Below are positions 16,670 through 64,000 of a stretch of DNA of 64,000 nt, one piece after another. Numbering within the stretch: position 1 is the first letter of the stretch; each line of letters begins with the position of its first letter. Made by a program: the position numbers and the translations under genes. Under the pieces are notes generated by a model that saw nothing but the letters and a program-made list of their open reading frames with translations, did no database searches and had not been told where the DNA came from. The DNA is from Flaccisagitta enflata (lineage: Eukaryota), in the NCBI GenBank assembly GCA_965153355.1, contig OZ231126.1, positions 14,508,001 through 14,572,000 on the forward strand, written 5' to 3'.

Positions 16670-19208
16670 ATGGTAAGACAATCATTCGTGGAACGAATCA
16701 TAAAAGAATTAACTCTATGAAATCCTCACAATCAAGACGTAATTTCAGAATCATAGACAGTATTTCAACTACAATGATTTGAGTCTTTTGAATAATTAAC
16801 TAATTAAAAAAACATTATTGAAAAAATGAAAATGAATACCTTATTGTTGATTTTTTTCAATGAAACCTTTACTAATAACTATGCATATATGCACATGGTG
16901 TCATATAATTCTGTTCATTTTGTATTTTATAATTGAATGAAAACTCAGGGTGACGCAAAGGAAGCATTCATCATTTTCGACGAGGCCTACGAAGGCAATG
17001 ACGTGGATGCCTTTTATTTGGGCGACATCTTGAGAGCTCTTGGATGTGTGCTGACCAACAAATCGATCCTTGAGCTCGGTGGAACAACTGAATTGGGTGA
17101 GTTCAATCATTGCAGATTCAGTCAGTAATCTCAGTTGTAGCGAAATATTATATCACAGAAAAGAAAAAATCATATTGTATTCAAAATTTTTAAGGACCAG
17201 TCTCGCTCTTGCCTTTACTTAAACTCAATGGATGATACATCAAAACATTGCTCAAAGTGAAAAATAGAGAATTTAATCTAATGAATCAATTTTTTTAAAA
17301 GAGATCAAATATCACATGAATGTGATCACATGCCGCGCTGTGCGGAATCACAATCATCACAATAAAATTTGATTTTTGATTTTCTTATAACAAGGCCAAG
17401 TAGGCCAATAAGGTGCGCCATTTGGATTGTCTCATGGATGCGCTACCGACCAACCAACCGACCGACGGACACAGCCAGTTGTAGAGGTGCTTTGGCGCAT
17501 CTAAAAAGATGTACAAAGATGTCACCATAAAAAAAATCGCCATTTCTTTTCTTGTTTTCATGAAGAATTTAATCATAAATATTCCATTCTCAACTCCTTC
17601 CATCATTCTTGGCAGGCGCTAAAAGAGTCAATTTCGCCGATTTTGACCCGATCTTGAAAAAGGCGAAGGGAATCACCGGAGACACCGGATGCAAAGAGGA
17701 CTACATTGAAGGCCTCAAAGTCTTCGACAAGGACGGCAGCAAGAAGATCAACTGCGCCGAGGTCAAGCAAGTCCTTTGCTCTCTCGGTGAGTCGCAACAA
17801 ACAGTTGTTAGTTGCGTGAACGCGACTCTACAACCCGCTTTACCGTGCGTCCATCGATCGTCGGTGAAGCTTTACTTTTTTTTTAGTCGCGTGCTACGCG
17901 ACTCTACACCCCGCTTGGTCCGTCGGTCGGTTGGTCCGCCACATTTAAATTTTTTTATGATATTCATTTTTTGACCACACTGCTCCTGCCCATATGGTCT
18001 TGTGACCTCAAATATGGCCCCTGCCCACCCGCACGCGACTGGGGTAGCCGTGTATCCGACCTTGTTTTTACTTTTTCAGCTTTTACAAGGGGGGGGGGTG
18101 CATTGCTGTCATGAGTCAAGTTAACAACCATCAGAGGAAAACGCATCTATAAATAAGAGAAACCTCGACCTAGATCTACTTGACTTAAGTCTAATTTCCC
18201 TCTGACGTTATTCTAGTCATCGCGCAGGGGCAGTGAAGCAAAAAAAAAAAACAAAAAAAAACAAAACAAAAAAAAAAAACGATGATAAAAAATGAATAAA
18301 AAGATAAATAAAAAGATAAATAAAAAACAAGGCCGGATACACGGCACTCCAGTCGCGGACGGTTGGGCAGGAGCAGTAATGCGAAAACCGCTCGGAATTC
18401 AAAAAGTGACGGACCAACGGACCTACCGACCGACACGCAAGGTGTAGAGTCGCGTGTCCGCGATTGAAAATAAAAATCATGGACCGACCAACCGCAATTG
18501 AATAGGTGATATCATTCAAATGCGATTAAACATTTTCTTCAAAATGATTTTTCTACTCGCAGCCGAAAAAATGGAGGAGAAAGAGGCTATCGCCATTTTG
18601 GAGCTATTGGAGATCAAAGAAGACGAAGATGGCATGATTAAATACATGGGTGAGTTATATCGGCATTATCGGCAATGTTAGTCTGATCGGCAATGTTAAA
18701 CTTTTGTGCTTGCAATACAGCTGACAATTTTCCCCTTAGGTTTAGTACGACTGATTTATGTGTTACTGCCTAAAGACTACAGTGGAGCTTCATATTTTGT
18801 TTCATGAAAGATTTTGTAGTTAATTCTATATTGGCAATAAGGCAGCTTCACTATAAGACAGTTTTGCTCACTCCCTTGAAATGCGCTCTAGTGAAGCTCA
18901 ACTGTATTTGCAACCTCTATATCCAGTCGTGTCCGTTGGTTGCACTGCCGACGGTCGGTCACGCAAATTTTTGACGATCTATTCGGCGCCCCTGTTGGCT
19001 TAAATGGTCCTGATGCGAAATTTTCATGGCGTACTAGTCACAGAAGTTTGACATTTTCATAGTGCATACACTTTAACTCATACGGGGTTATTGGCGCCCT
19101 GAAGGATTCCAGTATCCAAAATCACATCAGAGACAGAATCTAACGCGGTTCTCTCTTTTCGTTTTTCTTTCAGAATTTATCGACAAACTTTTGGCGTTTA
19201 AAGCCTAA
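16670..19208 (+). CDS. Mlc1: Myosin essential light chain paralog 3; exons 16670-16672, 16949-17096, 17616-17786, 18563-18649, 19174-19208; probable 3' UTR exon from 19750
   Basis: MGDAKEAFIIFDEAYEGNDVDAFYLGDILRALG...EGLKVFDKDGSKKINCAEVKQVLCSLAEKMEEKEAIAILELLEIKEDEDGMIKYMEFIDKLLAFKA*; GT-AG introns in phase. Confidence 0.9.
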
Positions 19209-22200
19209 GTCTGCCAGTTGGAATTTTCTTAGTTGAATCTTTCCAGGAAAAGTAAGTTGAAAATAAGATAGAGCATTGCACAATCGCATCTCCTAACATT
19301 TATCTCAGCTGCGTTCACGAATCTTTGTCCGTCCGTCCGTCCGTCCGTCCGTCTATCTTAAACGATTTCAATATGTTAAAATGAATTCAGGTTGTTTTCT
19401 GTTCGTGTCTGTGCCCCACCAGATAGACTGACGCGCAAGGGGTTCAAGAGAAACGATCGTGCCGCTCACTAACTGCGTTTATAAATACACGTTTTAATTC
19501 ATATAATTTCCCGCTGTGGTCTCACGAGAAAATTGCTCATCATATGTCGCTTTTGCCGCACTTCCGGTCTCATCCTCCGCAAAGCCTCTGGCCTTTAAAG
19601 CTTAGTTATTCAAGTTCAACATCTGATCAAAACAGCAAAAAAAAAAAAAAAAAAAAAAAGGATAAAAATTACTTGCTCATTCATCTTATGCTCCACTAAT
19701 CAAATTTGCATCATTCGGAATTAATGAGCCCCTTTCTTCCTTTGCGCAGAGTTAACCCGGCCTGATTTAAACTTGGAATTAAGAAGACGTTGAGAGAAAG
19801 AATAATTTATCTTTGTCAAGAGGACTGGTGTGTCATAAAATGAGGAAACAACTACTACGGTATCACAGTGGTGATTGATATCCAGGGACCACTATTCCGC
19901 CGACATGCAATATATTGAAGAATCACTGTATCGAATATCAGAATGTTTTCTTTTTTTTTTTTTGAAGATGTATCCAATTAAAGTTGAAATGATAATAGTT
20001 CAAATTTTATTGTTTACATAGATACATCAATCACATAGTTTGACGTATGCTGATGGCTTACTATAAATATTAAGTGTTGCCACGGCGATAATTGTCATGC
20101 CAGTAAAAATCACAATTTTCCAATGCACACAGCTTGTTATGCTCGCTAAGCTAAACCGAAATCAGTGCCATGAGTTGCTATGCTAGCGAAGCTAAACCGA
20201 AGACAGTGCCATGAGTTGCTAAGTCACTGTTCCATTTGCGCTGTAACAATGTTAGAAATTTGAGTCACACTGCAAAGAGAAAAATGCAAGGGTCCAAGGG
20301 CAAAAAAAAAAAACAAGTAAATTGTTTGGTGTGCGTCAACAGACTTCCAGTCATAATCCCCCATTGCAATTTTCCCTAAAAAATAGAACAAAATCGAGCC
20401 CATCCCAGAAAAGTGTAGAATAAGAATATGATATTCATTTTGGTCGAACTTGATAAAAAAAAAATCTTGCGTCAAGAACAGGAGCTATCGCTTTAAAAAC
20501 ATGCTATACTTTTTCACAGAAATATTAAGCACAATTTGAGATATGCCAAGGAATCTGAAACATAGCTTGAGAAGCTCCTCCCTCATAAAAAAAGAAACTT
20601 AAGTTCTTAAAAATTGAATAAAAAACACTGTCTTAAATTCATTGATCAAAAGTTAAACTACGCTAAATGAACGTCATAATCAGATTCAACACCCTTTAAA
20701 AAACAACCGTAAAAAATTTGATCAGGTATTTTTTTCGTTAACCCATAGGATAGATTTTTATTATTCAGAGTGGAAGAATCTGGCAGCTTCACGAAGTTGA
20801 CAAGCCTAAACAATTCTATATGACCCAGAGAACATCTAAATCTACAAAGAGCCTTATTTGGCAATAAATTGAAGAGGATTTATGGCACCATTGCTAGTTG
20901 CAACTTCAGCATATCGAAAACTTCCAAAATATTTTCTGCCCAACTGGATCCTTGGATTCCCCTACAAAAAGTGCACAATTTAATCATCAAAAACTTGACA
21001 AGAACAATACAGCGAGAAAAATAAATGATCAGTCCATAATGCGAGAATTTTAGAATTTAGCGAGACAAATTACAAAGAGAGGTAAAGTCAAAGAGCAGTC
21101 AGTCAAGAGAAGCAAGCGGAGAGGAAAGACAAAGAGAATTCACCAACACAGTCATTGTTAGGGTGGAAATCTTGGGATCGAGAATCTACTACACAAGGAG
21201 GTTCACTAAAATCGATCCCATCATGGTAAAGAAGGCAGAATAAACCAAGTAATGCACCATGAGCGAGTTCTAAACAAAAAACCGACAGACAGAAAAGACA
21301 TTGAATCACTCAATTACGGCCCAGATCCATCTTTAATTTGATTTCATCAGAAGAATGTAAAAGTGATCACTTTTCAATTTTCATTTTGCTGCTTCATTAA
21401 ACTGCGTATGAGATACTGGTAGGTACCAAAGTGAAAGAAAGAATTAGCTTGAATAGAAAACCACACAAAAAGCTCATGCAAATCGATTTCAAGTCGACTC
21501 TGCATACATGGCAGAGGAAGACGCAACCTTGAGTATCAACATTTTTGAAAATTTATTGAGATCACCGATTCAATTCCATATATCACAAAACAAAAATGAA
21601 AAAATAAAAACAAACAACTGGCTCCTTTTTTTGATTCGCGTGATACATCTAAATCCACGAAGGCAACATTGTTTAGGAGCGAGTCTTCATTCTTCAACTG
21701 CTATTCGTCATTCATCAGATTCCCTCCCCCCCCTTAAAACAAAGATAATTACACAGACAGAGTAACGATTCTAAAAGTACGCTGATAGCCCGTGGGCCTT
21801 TCATAGTTTGGATCCAGCAAGCTTCATACTGATTTGAAAGTCGTCATACAAACAATCAATCATTGACATTGAACATACATTCGATACTCTCATCAACGTA
21901 CTAATTACATGATGCACCAATGATACTATTATTGCTTTTTCTTTACTCGATATCGTTCTTTTTGTACATCGAACATTGAATTCAACTGAAATCCGTTTTA
22001 TATCTAAAAAAACGTGCGAGTTTTGAGAAAACAAGGCCGGATACACGGCTACCCCAGTCGCGCGTAGATGGGCAGGGGCTGTATTTGAGGTCGCTTGAGC
22101 ATTTGGGCAGGAGCAATGAAGCCAAAGACCACAAACACATAAAATAAGTGAAACATGACTGGCCGACGGACAAAGCGGGGTGTAGACTGTAGAGTCTCCT

Positions 22201-22599
22201 AGTACGCGACTAAGAAATCAAATGTATTCATCATCAATTATCCGTAACAGTCTCGGATCCTGCCCTGATCCTTCAACCATCATACCATGCTATTCCGTCA
22301 AGACATCCTCAACATAAGTCATTGTGCAGATAGAGGCGAAAAAACGTTCGGGGGTAAAAGTAACGTTATAAAGGCGAATTATCGACATAGCGTCACGTAC
22401 ATAGAGGGCAGGTCAACGGATGGACGGGCGAACGGATAGACTGACGAAGCCTGCTACAGAGACGTGTGTTCGAATGACAACCTGACACTTTTATCATCAC
22501 AGGCGCTGCGGTGTGTGTGTGTGTGTGTGTGTGTATATGCGTTGATTCCATCCAAGAGACCAAGACGCGATGCTATCATACATGATTACATCAATGTCA

Positions 22600-63867
<41,268 letters not shown>

Positions 63868-64000
63868 CTGATTGGGTCACACAGAGAGGGGAGGAAATCA
63901 TGGAATCGATCGATCGTGTGTCTAGGTTCTTGTATCAGGGGTGCATAAAGACTATCACTTCTGTACGTCACAGTTCTATATCATAAAGTTCCATGGGCTT

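Noticed and set aside
20150-20222. Two ~30-bp direct repeats with a short spacer, CRISPR-like
   Set aside because: Only two copies, eukaryotic context, no cas genes; simple tandem duplication

Overview
Eukaryotic, most likely invertebrate animal, genomic DNA rich in microsatellites and non-autonomous transposons. Left third: three tandem (+) myosin essential/alkali light chain paralogs, with an apparent gene-conversion tract and an alternative C-terminal exon. From 22.6 kb to past the right edge: a (-) strand voltage-gated sodium channel gene (Nav1 type, DEKA filter, MFM inactivation motif). I could splice 12 exons in frame by hand (~2,015 codons; N-terminus outside the window). The channel is divergent: lost DIII/DIV outer-ring acids at TTX-contact positions, a ~150-aa Cys/sequon-rich DIII turret, lost S6 glycines in DI and DII, a GC-AG intron and unusual intron positions. 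One channel intron hosts an antisense 3-exon gene I do not recognise (1,051 aa, Q/N-rich prion-like 12-aa repeats). Another intron (17.9 kb) is bracketed by a ~1.9-kb inverted repeat close to both splice sites and holds nested elements: an intact DD35E Tc1-like transposon, a Chapaev-like foldback, an 8-bp-TSD TIR element and a truncated retro-insertion. Several Helentron-associated (HINE/DINE-1-like) families are dispersed throughout. All coordinates and alignments were read by eye; no searches were run.
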